Assembly (NCBI GenBank): GCA_964291495.2
Contig: OZ219874.1
Span: 57,127-121,126 of the forward strand
From: Dehalococcoidia bacterium
GTDB taxonomy: Bacteria; Chloroflexota; Dehalococcoidia; UBA2979
DNA: 64,000 nt
Direction: 5' to 3'
The number at the start of each line of letters is the position of its first letter. Position 1 is the first letter of the stretch. This document shows, in pieces, positions 25,887 through 38,235 of this stretch. Position numbers and translations under genes: made by a program. Under the pieces are notes generated by a model. That model saw only the letters and a list, made by a program, of their open reading frames with translations, was not told where the DNA came from and did no database searches.

Positions 25887-28325
25887 ATGGCCCGAACGAA
25901 TACCCGCCGCCCGGCTAGCCGCGGCACGCAGCGCGCGACCTCGCGATCGATGGTGCGGCGCGTCCTGCGCCCCGAGATCGTCGGCACCGCCCTCGTCGTG
26001 CTGGCGGTCGCGCTGCTGCCCTTCCTGTTCCCGCTCACGAGCGTCGTGGCCGAGGCTCGCGACGGGCTGGTGGGCGCGCTCGGGCTGCACGTATTCACCC
26101 TCGTCGTGCTGGCGCTGACGATCGGGCTGCTGCTCGCGCTGCGCCAGGGCAGACGGCTGCGCGGCCGAGGGCGACACATCGCCGGCGCGGTCCTGATGCT
26201 GGCGTTCAGCGCCGGACTGCTCGGCCTCTGGACACCCGACGTGATTGTCGGCGAGGTGGACCTGGGCGCGAGCTCGGCCGGTGGCAGCGCCGGTCGCGCG
26301 CTGGCGGGCGGTGGGCTCGCGACGATCGCCTGGCTCGCGACGTTCCCGATCGGCTTCACGCTGCTCTGGCCGCGCACGTCCTGGCAGCTGCTGCGCAGCA
26401 CCCCGCGTGCCCTCGGCCTTACGCTGGCCTGGCTCTGGCGCCACGTCGCGCGGCCCGCCGGGCACGGCATTGCGGCGCGCGTCCGCGCCTACCGCGCGCG
26501 CCGCAAGAGCCCCGAGGCGGCGCGGGACCCATACGCCGACCTCCGCGCCGACTTGCCGATCGGGCCGGGCCTGCCCACCCGCCTCGAGAACCAGCCGGCC
26601 GGCAACGGCGCGGCCTCGGAAGCCGAGAGCCGGAGCGAAGCCGCCGCCGCGACGGAGGTCGCGGAGCCGCCGCCCCCGAAGCAGATCGAGATGGACCTCG
26701 AGCACGACGTCAGCACCTGGCGGCACTCGAGTGACGGCTGGCAGCTGCCGCCGATCGAGCTGCTGGCCGAGGCGGAGCCGCTCGCGCCGGAGCTGGGCGA
26801 CCAGCAACGGCGCGCCGAGCTGATTGTCGAGACGCTCGCCTCGTTCGGCGTCGAGGCGCGGGTCAGCCAGATCAGCGAGGGCCCGACCGTCACCCAGTTC
26901 GGCGTCGAGCCGGGCTGGGACGTGCGCACCCGCACCGTGCAGGAACGCACGCCCGAGGGCGATCCCGTCCTCGACGAAGAGGGCCAGCCTCGCACAAAGC
27001 AGATCGAGGTCTCGCGGACGCGCGTGCGCGTTAACCGCATCACGGCGCTGCAGAACGACCTCGCGCTGGCCCTCGCGGCGCCAGCGCTGCGCATCGAGGC
27101 GCCCGTACCGGGGCGCTCCGTCGTCGGCATCGAGGTGCCGAACGCCAGCTCCGCCGTCGTGACGCTGCGCAGCGTGCTGGAGTCGCGTGAGTTCGCGAAG
27201 ACGGCGGGCAAGTCGCCGCTGCCGATCGCGCTCGGCTCCGGAGTGTCGGGCACGCCGGTCGTCGCCGACCTCGCCGCGATGCCGCACCTGCTGATCGCGG
27301 GTGCGACCGGATCGGGCAAGTCGGTCTGCCTCAACTCGATCATCGCCTGCCTGCTGATGAACTTCTCGCCCGAGCAGCTGCGCTTCGTGCTGATCGACCC
27401 GAAGCGCGTCGAGCTCGCCCCCTTCGCCGACGTGCCGCACCTCGCCTTCAGCGAGATCGTGATCGACATGGACAAGGTGGTGGGCACGCTGCAGGCGGTC
27501 ATCCACGAGATGGAGTCGCGCTACCGCCGCTTCGCGAACGTCGGCGTGCGCAACATCGAGCGCTACAACGAGCAGGCCGGCAGCGGCCGTCTCCCCTACT
27601 GGGTCGTGGTGATCGACGAGCTGGCCGACCTGATGCTGGCCGCGCCCTACCAGGTGGAGCACCAGCTGGTGCGCCTCGCGCAGCTCGCGAGGGCGACCGG
27701 CATCCACCTCGTGGTCGCGACGCAGCGGCCCTCGGTGGACGTGGTGACGGGGCTGATCAAGGCGAACTTCCCGACGCGGATCGCCTTCGCTGTCTCCTCG
27801 CAGGTTGACTCGCGCACCATCCTCGACGGCGGCGGGGCCGAGAAGCTGCTCGGCAAGGGCGACATGCTCTTCCAGCCCAAGGACCAGGGCAAGCCGACCC
27901 GCCTGCAGGGCGTTTTCGTCTCCGACGGCGAGATCGAGGAGCTGACGAGCTTCTGGACGGACGATCGCTTCGAGAACCTGCGCCCCGTCAGCTTCGACGA
28001 GCTGATCGACGAAGCCGCCGAGGACGCGGCCGCCCTCGAGACGGGAGGGGCGGCCGGGAGCGCCTCCTCCGAGGTCGACCCGATGATCACGAAGGCCCTC
28101 GAGCTGGCGCGCGAGCACGACCACATCTCGACCTCGCTGCTGCAGCGCCGCCTGCGCATCGGTTACCCGCGCGCCGCGCGCGTCATGGACGAGCTGGAGG
28201 GCCAGGGCATCGTCGGCGCGCCCGAGGGCGGCAGCGGCTCCCGCCCTGTCCTCCTCGACTCGGCCGACGGCGAGCTCGATGAGTCGGCTTCGGCCCCGGT
28301 CGCGCCGGTGGTGGAGCGGGAGTAG
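25887..28325 (+). CDS. ftsK: DNA translocase FtsK
   Basis: N-terminal TMs, PHLLIAGATGSGKS, IDELADLM, gamma domain LQRRLRIGYPRAAR. Confidence 0.95.
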   Translation: MARTNTRRPASRGTQRATSRSMVRRVLRPEIVGTALVVLAVALLPFLFPLTSVVAEARDGLVGALGLHVFTLVVLALTIGLLLALRQGRRLRGRGRHIAGAVLMLAFSAGLLGLWTPDVIVGEVDLGASSAGGSAGRALAGGGLATIAWLATFPIGFTLLWPRTSWQLLRSTPRALGLTLAWLWRHVARPAGHGIAARVRAYRARRKSPEAARDPYADLRADLPIGPGLPTRLENQPAGNGAASEAESRSEAAAATEVAEPPPPKQIEMDLEHDVSTWRHSSDGWQLPPIELLAEAEPLAPELGDQQRRAELIVETLASFGVEARVSQISEGPTVTQFGVEPGWDVRTRTVQERTPEGDPVLDEEGQPRTKQIEVSRTRVRVNRITALQNDLALALAAPALRIEAPVPGRSVVGIEVPNASSAVVTLRSVLESREFAKTAGKSPLPIALGSGVSGTPVVADLAAMPHLLIAGATGSGKSVCLNSIIACLLMNFSPEQLRFVLIDPKRVELAPFADVPHLAFSEIVIDMDKVVGTLQAVIHEMESRYRRFANVGVRNIERYNEQAGSGRLPYWVVVIDELADLMLAAPYQVEHQLVRLAQLARATGIHLVVATQRPSVDVVTGLIKANFPTRIAFAVSSQVDSRTILDGGGAEKLLGKGDMLFQPKDQGKPTRLQGVFVSDGEIEELTSFWTDDRFENLRPVSFDELIDEAAEDAAALETGGAAGSASSEVDPMITKALELAREHDHISTSLLQRRLRIGYPRAARVMDELEGQGIVGAPEGGSGSRPVLLDSADGELDESASAPVAPVVERE

Positions 28326-28328
28326 CCC

Positions 28329-30413
<2,085 letters not shown>

Positions 30414-30511
30414 GCGCTCCATTGTACGCCTCGCGGGCGGCGATCCCGCCTCGCGCCGCGCCGCGCTATGCTGCCGTGCGGCAGAACGCGGCGCGGCTGA
30501 GGAGGTGAACG

Positions 30512-31237
30512 ATGCGGCTCGAGGGCAAGGTCGCGATGGTCACGGGAGCGGCCTCGGGCATCGGGCGGGCGACGTCGCTGACGCTGGCCCGCGAGGGCGC
30601 GGCGGTGATGTGCGCCGACGTCAACACCGAGGGCGCGCAGGAGACCGCGGACGCGATCGCCGCCGCCGGCGGTACGGCGGCGATCTTCGAGCTGGACGTC
30701 ACCGACGAGGAGGCCGTGCAGGCCGCCCTCGCGGCCACGGTCGAGCAGCTCGGCGCGCTGCACATCCTGGTCAACGACGCCGGCATCAGCGGCCGTACGC
30801 ACGACTACCACAACGTGATCGACGTGAACCTCAACGGCGTCTACTACTGCATGAAGTACGGTGCGGCGCTGATCGAGCAGCACGGCGGCGGCTCGATCGT
30901 CAGTCTCTCCTCGATCATGGGCCTCGTCGGCGGATCGGCGCCTGGCTACACCGCCTCGAAGCACGGCGTGCTCGGCCTCACGCGCAACTACGCGCTGATG
31001 TACGGAGGCCGCGGCGTGCGCGTGAACTGCGTCAACCCCGGCTACATCGAGACGCCGATGACGGCGCAGATGCTCGAGGACGTGCAGCGCCGCGAGGACG
31101 CGGTCGGCCTGCACCCGATCGGCCGCCTCGGAAAGGCCGAGGACGTGGCGAACGCGATCCTCTTCCTCGCCAGCGACGACGCCTCGTTCGTCACGGGTGT
31201 CGCGCTGCCCGTGGACGGCGGCTACACGGCGCAGTAG
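30512..31237 (+). CDS. SDR family oxidoreductase
   Basis: [17 protein letters not shown]. Confidence 0.9.
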   Translation: MRLEGKVAMVTGAASGIGRATSLTLAREGAAVMCADVNTEGAQETADAIAAAGGTAAIFELDVTDEEAVQAALAATVEQLGALHILVNDAGISGRTHDYHNVIDVNLNGVYYCMKYGAALIEQHGGGSIVSLSSIMGLVGGSAPGYTASKHGVLGLTRNYALMYGGRGVRVNCVNPGYIETPMTAQMLEDVQRREDAVGLHPIGRLGKAEDVANAILFLASDDASFVTGVALPVDGGYTAQ

Positions 31238-31273
31238 GCGCGGCCCGCCGAGGGCTCGCAGGGTCCGGCCGGC

Positions 31274-32059
31274 TCAGTCCTCGCCGAACCAGAAGCGGCG
31301 CATGTTCGCGCCCGCGATCGCCTCGATCGCGTCGTCCGGGACCGGCAGCTTGCCGTCGAGCAGCAGGTTGAGGTCGGCCACGTACTCATCGAGGTCGCCG
31401 GAGGCCGGGTAGTTCGAGCCCCAGACGATGCGCTCCGCGCCGAACGCTTCCAAGGCCTGCGCGATCACGGGGTAGACCGGCTCGTGCGGGTAGGGCGCGT
31501 AGCGCCTCGGGAACGAGAGCTGGAACCAGACGCCCGGGTGGCGCGCCAGCTCCCAGACCGGCCGCTGGGGCGCGAAGTCGGGCGCGTCCTGCAGGCGCGG
31601 CGTCGCGAGGTGCGAGAGCATCACGCGCGTCCCCGGGTGGCGGGCGATCGCCGCCTCGATGTATGGGACCCAGTCCACCGGTGCGTGATGCGGCATCGCC
31701 TGGATGATGAGACCGAGGTGCGCCGCCGCCATCAGCAGCTCCGGTCGCTCGAAGATCATCTCCGAGGTCAGTCGCACGCCCTTGAAGTCGCCCTCCGCGG
31801 CGATCTCCTCGAGCTGATCGCGTGCCCGCGGATCGCGGTGGTTGACGAGGCAGACGGCGGCGACCCTGTCCCGGTCCTCGCGGATGACTCCGGCGAGGTA
31901 GCCGTTGTCGTACTCGCCCATGTGCTGAACGATCGTCACCCGCGTCACGCCCGCCCGGTCGAGCGTGTCGCGCAGCGTCTCGTACGGGTAGTACTTGCTC
32001 AGCCCGCAGTGCGTGTAGGCGTCGTTGACCTCGAAGGGGTGTACGGGCGGCGTGGTCAC
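31274..32059 (-). CDS. Amidohydrolase family protein (amidohydrolase_2-like)
   Basis: GVRL, LSHLA, FGAERIVWGSNYP. Confidence 0.8.
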   Translation of the reverse strand: MTTPPVHPFEVNDAYTHCGLSKYYPYETLRDTLDRAGVTRVTIVQHMGEYDNGYLAGVIREDRDRVAAVCLVNHRDPRARDQLEEIAAEGDFKGVRLTSEMIFERPELLMAAAHLGLIIQAMPHHAPVDWVPYIEAAIARHPGTRVMLSHLATPRLQDAPDFAPQRPVWELARHPGVWFQLSFPRRYAPYPHEPVYPVIAQALEAFGAERIVWGSNYPASGDLDEYVADLNLLLDGKLPVPDDAIEAIAGANMRRFWFGED

Positions 32060-32178
32060 GGCGCGGCCTCTCTCGATGCCGGGCCCGAAGGCCGGGGATC
32101 GGTTACAGCCCGAGTCTAGCGAACCGCGCGGCCCTGCGGCCCGCGGCGGGCGGGGCTAGAGTGGCCGCTGGAGGCGGC

Positions 32179-33504
32179 ATGGTCGCGAGGCTGTTCCCAA
32201 GCGTCTACGAGGGCTGGATCGTCGTCGGCGCCTCGACGACGATGCTGTTTATCCTCTCCGCCTCCGTCTTCTGGGGCCTCGGCCCGATCTTCAACCCGAT
32301 CCTCGACGAGTTCGGCTGGAGCCACGGCGCCACCGCGTTCGCCTTCGCCGTCCGTTCCGAGGTCAACGGGGCGGCCGCCCCGTTCGTCGGGGCGCTGATC
32401 GACCGCATCGGCTCGCGGATGATGCTGATCGCCGGGCTCGTCCTCGCCTCGTGCTGCCTCTTCCTGCTCTCGTTCATGCAGAACATCGTGCACTTCTACG
32501 TGCTGATGCTGGTCATGGCTCTGGGCACGAGCACCTGCGGGGGACAGGCGACGATGGTCTCGACCGTGAGCTGGTTCGAGCGCAAGCGGGCGCGCGCGCT
32601 GGCGCTGGCGACGGCGGGCGGCACGCTCGGCGGGATTCTCGTTGTCGCCATCGCCTTCCTCGTCGAGTTGCTCGGCTGGCGGAGCGCGCTGCAGGTGATG
32701 GCGCTGTTCCTGCTCGTCGGCGGGCTCCTCGCGGGCTCGAACGTGCGCACGAGGCCGCAGGGCCACCGCCAGCCGCTTGATGGCATCCCGCGGGCCGCGG
32801 GCTCAGGACAACGCGCGGGCGATGACGACGACGAGCGCTGGGGTGTGCCGCTGCGCGAGGCGCTGCGCGCGCGGGCGTTCTGGCTGCTCGCCTTCGCGCA
32901 GTTCGCGATCTTCTTCGCGATCACGGCCATCGTCGTGCTGCACGTCCCCTTCATGGAGGACGACGTCGGGATCTCGAAGACGGCGGCTGGCGTGGGCTCG
33001 GCGTTTTTTGCTGTCGCCTCGCTGGTGGGGCGAATCATCTCCGGAGGCGCCGCCGACCGCTTCGACAAGCGAGTGGTGCTGGCGCTGGTGGTCCTGGTGG
33101 CAGGCGTTGCGATGCCGCTCTTCGCGCTGGTCCAGAACCTCTGGCAGGCGAGCCTGGTCTTGATGGTCATCGCCGCCGGGGTCGGCGGCGCCAATCCGAT
33201 CCGCACGGCGCTGCTGGCGGACTACTTCGGGACGCGCTCGTTCGGGGCGATCAACGGTGTTTCGATGGCGATCGGGACGCTCGGCGCGTTCCTCGGTCCG
33301 TGGCTGCTGGGGCTGAGCGTGGACGCGACGGGCGGCTACTCGACCGGCTTCCTGTTCACCGGCGTGGTCGCGCTGCTCTCGATTCCCTTCGTGCTGCGGA
33401 CACAGGCGCCGACGGAGCTGACCGCTCGCCACCGCCGCCGCCGCGCGGTGCGCGTCGTGCAACCGGGTCCGCCCCGCTCGCGGTCCGCCGAGCCGCCCAA
33501 CTAG
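32179..33504 (+). CDS. MFS transporter
   Basis: Multiple TMs, GALIDRIGSR, ADRFDKR. Confidence 0.9.
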   Translation: MVARLFPSVYEGWIVVGASTTMLFILSASVFWGLGPIFNPILDEFGWSHGATAFAFAVRSEVNGAAAPFVGALIDRIGSRMMLIAGLVLASCCLFLLSFMQNIVHFYVLMLVMALGTSTCGGQATMVSTVSWFERKRARALALATAGGTLGGILVVAIAFLVELLGWRSALQVMALFLLVGGLLAGSNVRTRPQGHRQPLDGIPRAAGSGQRAGDDDDERWGVPLREALRARAFWLLAFAQFAIFFAITAIVVLHVPFMEDDVGISKTAAGVGSAFFAVASLVGRIISGGAADRFDKRVVLALVVLVAGVAMPLFALVQNLWQASLVLMVIAAGVGGANPIRTALLADYFGTRSFGAINGVSMAIGTLGAFLGPWLLGLSVDATGGYSTGFLFTGVVALLSIPFVLRTQAPTELTARHRRRRAVRVVQPGPPRSRSAEPPN

Positions 33505-34790
33505 TCGAGCCTGCGCAGCCGCGGCAGGAACGCGATCATCGCGAGTGTCAGGACGACGAGCACGGCCGAGACGGTGCCGAACGCCCATTGCCCTCCGACC
33601 TGCTCGGCGAAGAGGCCGAACAGCACCGCTCCGAAGGACATGATCCCGAACTCAGTCATGTAGAGCGACATCACGCGGCCGCGGTACTCGTCGAGCGAGT
33701 AGTGCTGCAGCAGTACGTTGCCCAGCGCCTGCCGCCCCGCGCTGCCGATGCCGACGAACAGCATGAAGAAGCCGCTCAGCCAGATCAGCCTCGTCGAGGC
33801 GAACCCGATCAGCGCGACGCCGACGAACAGGGAGCTCAGCAGCAGGAGCAGCCCGCGGCGCCTCGCGGGCAGCGAGGCGAGCACGAGCGAGCCGGCGAGC
33901 GATCCCACCGCGCTCACGGCGATCAGCAGCCCGAGCTCGATCGCGCCGCCGCCGAGCACGTCGCGCACGAAGCCGGGGAGCATGATCTGGTACGGCAGCG
34001 CCAGCAGCGCGCCGACCATGCCGGCGAGGAGGAGCAGGGCGAGCGTCCGTTCGGCGATGACGTAGCGCACGCCATCGACGAGGTCGGCGTACCCGCTGGT
34101 GCGGCGAGAGCGGGCCGCGGGCTCGTGCTGGAGCCGCACGCGGCCGAGCGTGACGACGGCGAACCCGTACATGGCGGCCATCAGGAAGTAGACCCACTCG
34201 GCGCCGATGAAGTGGATCATGAACCCGCCCAGCGCCGGGGCGGCGAGCCGCATCAGGTTCGACGCGGCGGCGCTCAGCGAGACGGCGTTCATCAGCCGCC
34301 CCATGCCGACGACCTCCGGCAGGATCGCCTGCCTCGAGGGCATCATCAGCGAGAGCGCGATGCCGTGCGCCACGCCCGCGATCATCAGGTGCGCGAACTG
34401 GAGCAGGTCGAACAGCAGCAACAGGCCGACGATGACGGCGGTCACGGCGTTGGCGAGCTGCCCCACCTGCAGCACCAGCTTCTTCGGCGCCCGGTCGGCG
34501 AGCACCCCGCCGAATACCGAGAGCAGCAACATCGGCGCGGCGCTCCCGAGGGAGATCACGCCGAGCGCGGCGAAGCTCCCCGTGAGATCGAACGCCAGGT
34601 AGCCGCGCGCGAGCATCTGCATGTTCATCGCGGCCATCTGGCCGAGCAGGGCGAGGTAGAACCAGCGGAAGTTGCGGTCCGAGAACGAGTCGAAGGTGCG
34701 GAGCTGCCGTCCGCCTCCAGAGGCACCGCCCTGCTCCGGCGGCCGGTCGGGCGGGCGGCCGGCCGCGCCCCGCGTCGGAGTGGCGGTCAC
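33501..34790 (-). CDS. MFS transporter
   Basis: GGVLADR, YRGRVMS, multiple TMs; start uncertain (34790 or 34820). Confidence 0.88.
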   Translation of the reverse strand: MTATPTRGAAGRPPDRPPEQGGASGGGRQLRTFDSFSDRNFRWFYLALLGQMAAMNMQMLARGYLAFDLTGSFAALGVISLGSAAPMLLLSVFGGVLADRAPKKLVLQVGQLANAVTAVIVGLLLLFDLLQFAHLMIAGVAHGIALSLMMPSRQAILPEVVGMGRLMNAVSLSAAASNLMRLAAPALGGFMIHFIGAEWVYFLMAAMYGFAVVTLGRVRLQHEPAARSRRTSGYADLVDGVRYVIAERTLALLLLAGMVGALLALPYQIMLPGFVRDVLGGGAIELGLLIAVSAVGSLAGSLVLASLPARRRGLLLLLSSLFVGVALIGFASTRLIWLSGFFMLFVGIGSAGRQALGNVLLQHYSLDEYRGRVMSLYMTEFGIMSFGAVLFGLFAEQVGGQWAFGTVSAVLVVLTLAMIAFLPRLRRLD

Positions 34791-34956
34791 GGCGCGAAAC
34801 CGCTCGCGAGGGCGGGCCAAGCTGCCGGTCTGCGGGAAGGCGGGATCATCTCCGCAGTCTAGGCGATGATCCTCGGGGTATGCCGCGCGAGGAACGGCGG
34901 GACGGCCTTGACGGGCTGTTCTCTATTGGCGAACATCTGGAGGATTCGCGTTTGGC

Positions 34957-35214
34957 ATGACAATCGAGTGGGGGAGCAAGGCGATTCGGGACATGCGCCG
35001 CCTGCCCGCCAGGGAGCGCGATCGCATCATCGCCAGGATCGAGCAGTACGCCGCGAACCCGGCGTCACTCGCGAGGCAGGTGGTCGCGCTGACCGGCGGT
35101 CCGTACAGGCGACTGCGAGTTGGCGACTATCGCGTGATCTTCGATGTCGAGCGGGGCGACCCAGCGGTGCTGGCGGTAGTCAGGGTTCGGCACAGGAGAC
35201 AGGCATATGACTAG
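34957..35214 (+). CDS. RelE/ParE family toxin
   Basis: YRRLRVGDYRVIF...VRHRRQAY. Confidence 0.9.
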   Translation: MTIEWGSKAIRDMRRLPARERDRIIARIEQYAANPASLARQVVALTGGPYRRLRVGDYRVIFDVERGDPAVLAVVRVRHRRQAYD

Positions 35215-35599
35215 CGAGGACACCGTCACCCTGCTACGGGCGGAGTACGAGGCCCTGCTCGAGCGTAACGAGGAACTCGAGGACACGCTGGCCGCCATTG
35301 AGGCGGACGACGGCAACCGCGTGCCGCACGAGGTGGCGCTCACCATCATGCGTGGCGGGAGTCCGATCCTCGCCTTTCGCAACCATCTCGGACTCACACT
35401 GCGAGAACTCGCCGCGCGAACCGGGATCGCCGCCAGCTACCTGTCCGAGATCGAGCGCGGGCGCAAGCCGGGCTCCGCTTCAGCTCTGGCGAGAATCGCC
35501 GACGCATGCGGGACCACGATCGACACCCTGCTCATTGATAGGGAGTTGCCCGGAGGCGAACTGCTGGTCGCGGAGGAGGAGCCCGAATACGGGCGCTGA
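35207..35599 (+). CDS. XRE-family HTH antitoxin
   Basis: LTLRELAARTGIAASYLSEIERG; overlaps the toxin stop (toxin-first, HigBA-like order). Confidence 0.85.
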   Translation: MTSEDTVTLLRAEYEALLERNEELEDTLAAIEADDGNRVPHEVALTIMRGGSPILAFRNHLGLTLRELAARTGIAASYLSEIERGRKPGSASALARIADACGTTIDTLLIDRELPGGELLVAEEEPEYGR

Positions 35600-35665
35600 T
35601 CCTCGCGGTTGCCGCGCGGCAGGCCCGCCGCTAGGGTTCGCAGCGCGAGACGGGAGGAAACCGCA

Positions 35666-36454
35666 ATGCCGATGCTCGATGTGGACGGAGCCAGGCTGCA
35701 CTACCACGAGCAGGGAGCCGGCGAGACGATCGTCCTCACCGCCGCCTATAACACCCCCTCGAAGTTCTGGGGCCCGCTGGTCCCGATGCTCGCCGAGAGC
35801 TTCCGCGTCGTCACCTATGACGTGCGCGGCTTCGGCGACACGGAGATCGAGGCCGAGAGCGCCGACGTCGATGTCGCCGCGGACGACCTGCACGCGCTGA
35901 TCGAGCACGTCGGCGACGGCCCGGTGCTCTCGCTCGGGCACGCCTTCGGGGGCGGGATCGCCGCCAACCACGTCGTGCGCAACCCGGGCGCCGTGCGCGG
36001 CCTGATCCTCGTCAACGCCGGTGGCATGTTCGCCGGCGATCCGGCGGCGTCGGCCAACATGTTCTCGCTCTCCACCAAGCGCGGCCTCGACGCCGACGGG
36101 TTCGCGGAGCTGTTCGTCGAGACCTACTGCGGCGCCGGGTTTGGAGAGACCGAGGAGCAGCGCGCGCTCCTCGACGGGATGTTCGAGGACCGCAGCCCGC
36201 GCGAGAAGGTGATGATGGCGCTCTCGATCCTCGGCTCGTCGAACGCCGACAAGTACTGGGCGCAGTGGTCGCATCCGACGCTGCTGATCTACGGCACCGC
36301 CGACCGCGTCGCCGTGCCGTTCAATGGCTTCGACCTCGCGCGGGCGCTTCCCAACTCCGAGCTGCACTGGCTGCGCGGCGCCGGACACTACAGCCCGTGG
36401 GAGCGCCCAGAGCGCATCGCCGAGCTGGTCGGCGAGTTCGCGGCCGGCCTCTAG
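35666..36454 (+). CDS. Alpha/beta hydrolase fold protein (GHAFG elbow)
   Basis: YDVRGFG, GHAFGG, GTAD, GAGH. Confidence 0.85.
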   Translation: MPMLDVDGARLHYHEQGAGETIVLTAAYNTPSKFWGPLVPMLAESFRVVTYDVRGFGDTEIEAESADVDVAADDLHALIEHVGDGPVLSLGHAFGGGIAANHVVRNPGAVRGLILVNAGGMFAGDPAASANMFSLSTKRGLDADGFAELFVETYCGAGFGETEEQRALLDGMFEDRSPREKVMMALSILGSSNADKYWAQWSHPTLLIYGTADRVAVPFNGFDLARALPNSELHWLRGAGHYSPWERPERIAELVGEFAAGL

Positions 36455-36476
36455 CCGGCTGCGCGGGCGTGGCGCC

Positions 36477-37253
36477 GTGACACAGCGCCTCGAGGGCAGA
36501 GTCGCCGTCGTTACCGGCGCCGCCTCCGGCGCCGGGCGGGCGATGGCGCAGCGCTGCGCCTCGGAAGGCGCGGCGGTGCTCTGCGCCGACGTCAACGAGG
36601 ACGGCCTCGCCGAGACGGTGGCGAGCATCGAGACTTCCGGCGGCAGGGCCGCCGCTCGGCGCGTCGACGTCTCCCGTGAGTCCGAGGTCGAGGCGATGCT
36701 GGCCGAGGCGGTTGAGCGCTTCGGGCGGCTCGATGTGCTGATGAACAACGCCGCGATCGGGAGCAGCGCGGCCGACTGGCCGCGGGTGGTCGCGATCAAC
36801 CTCGAAGGCGTCTACCACGGGCTGCGGCACGGCGCGGCGCTGCTCGCCATGCAAGGCGGCGGCGCGATCGTGAACACCGCCTCGGCGGGGGCGCTCGTCG
36901 CGCTGCCCAACCAGCGGGTGCCGGAGGACGGCGGCCCGCTGCCATCGGGGCCACTCGGCTACGTCGCCGCCAAGGCCGGCGTCGTGGGGCTGACGAGGCA
37001 GTTCGCCGTCGTCTACGGCCCCCGCGGCGTGCGCGTCAACGCGATCGCGCCCGGCGGCATCGACACGCCGATGCTGCGCGGCGGCACGGACTTCAGCGAG
37101 GGCGATCCGCACCCCGCCGACGCGATCCACCCGCTCGGCCGCATCGGACGGCCCTCGGAGATCGCCGCGGCCGCCGTCTTCCTCGCCAGCGACGAGGCGG
37201 CGTTCATCACCGGCGTCGTGCTGCCCGTCGATGGCGGCTACACGGCGATGTAG
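36477..37253 (+). CDS. SDR family oxidoreductase
   Basis: TGAASGAG, NNAA, YVAAK. Confidence 0.9.
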   Translation: MTQRLEGRVAVVTGAASGAGRAMAQRCASEGAAVLCADVNEDGLAETVASIETSGGRAAARRVDVSRESEVEAMLAEAVERFGRLDVLMNNAAIGSSAADWPRVVAINLEGVYHGLRHGAALLAMQGGGAIVNTASAGALVALPNQRVPEDGGPLPSGPLGYVAAKAGVVGLTRQFAVVYGPRGVRVNAIAPGGIDTPMLRGGTDFSEGDPHPADAIHPLGRIGRPSEIAAAAVFLASDEAAFITGVVLPVDGGYTAM

Positions 37254-37319
37254 CCGGCCGTCGCCACCGCCCGCATACACTCCGGCGAAGACGCTTCGGC
37301 CAGCGAACGGGAGACGGCC

Positions 37320-38204
37320 ATGCAGGACTTCGAGGGCAAGGTCGCCGTCGTCACCGGAGCGGCGAGCGGCATCGGGCGCGGGCTCGCGCAGCGCTTCGCC
37401 GAGGAGGGCATGCGCGTCATCCTCGCCGATGTCGAGGCGGACGCCCTCGACGCTGCCGTCACGGAGCTGCGGGACGCGGGACACGAGGTGCGCGGCGAGC
37501 AGGTCGATGTTTCGAGCCAGGACTCGGTCGACGCCCTCGCGGAGGCGGCGTTCTCGGCCTGGGGCGGCGTGCATGTCGTCTGCAACAACGCCGGCGTCGC
37601 CGCCGTCAACGACTGGGGCTCGCTGCACCCGGACGGCGGCGTGCCGATGTGGGAGCTGACGCTCGAGGACTGGCGCTGGACCTACGGCGTCAACTTCTGG
37701 GGCGTGCTGCACGGCATCCGCGCCTTCACCCCGCTGCTGCTCGAGCAGGGCGAGCCGGCGCACATCGTCAGCACCGGCTCCGTGCAGAGCTTCCAGGGCA
37801 ACACCAGCCTTGTCGCCTACAGCTCGACGAAGTTCGCCGTCGGGCGCATCACCGAGGCGCTGCAGATGCAGCTCGCGGGGCTCGGCTCGCCCGTGCGCGC
37901 GCACCTGCTCTGCCCCGGCGGCGTCGCGACGCGCAGCTACCTCGCGGAGCGCAACCGCCCGGAGGAGCTGCGCAACCCCGACCCGGTAGCGGGCGACCCG
38001 GTGCGCGCCGCCGCCTTCGACCGCGCGCGCGAGGAGACCGGCGAGAGCATGGGGCGCAACATGCCGCCCTCGGGGGTCGCGGCGGCGGTGATCGAGGGGC
38101 TGCGCGCGGAGCAGTTCTACATCTTCTCGCACGGGACCGACTTCGATGCGCAGATCCGCGCGCGCATGGAGCGGATCATCGCGCGCGAGGAACCCCGGCC
38201 CTGA
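37320..38204 (+). CDS. SDR family oxidoreductase
   Basis: [17 protein letters not shown]. Confidence 0.9.
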   Translation: MQDFEGKVAVVTGAASGIGRGLAQRFAEEGMRVILADVEADALDAAVTELRDAGHEVRGEQVDVSSQDSVDALAEAAFSAWGGVHVVCNNAGVAAVNDWGSLHPDGGVPMWELTLEDWRWTYGVNFWGVLHGIRAFTPLLLEQGEPAHIVSTGSVQSFQGNTSLVAYSSTKFAVGRITEALQMQLAGLGSPVRAHLLCPGGVATRSYLAERNRPEELRNPDPVAGDPVRAAAFDRAREETGESMGRNMPPSGVAAAVIEGLRAEQFYIFSHGTDFDAQIRARMERIIAREEPRP

Positions 38205-38235
38205 TCCTCGTCCCGGAATCGGCTATCGTGCGCGC

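Noticed and set aside
23628-28124. 1498-aa minus-strand ORF and similar long antisense ORFs (e.g. 9551-11452, 40504-42675, 59679-61904)
   Set aside because: Shadow ORFs opposite well-supported genes, expected at this GC content; no recognisable motifs.
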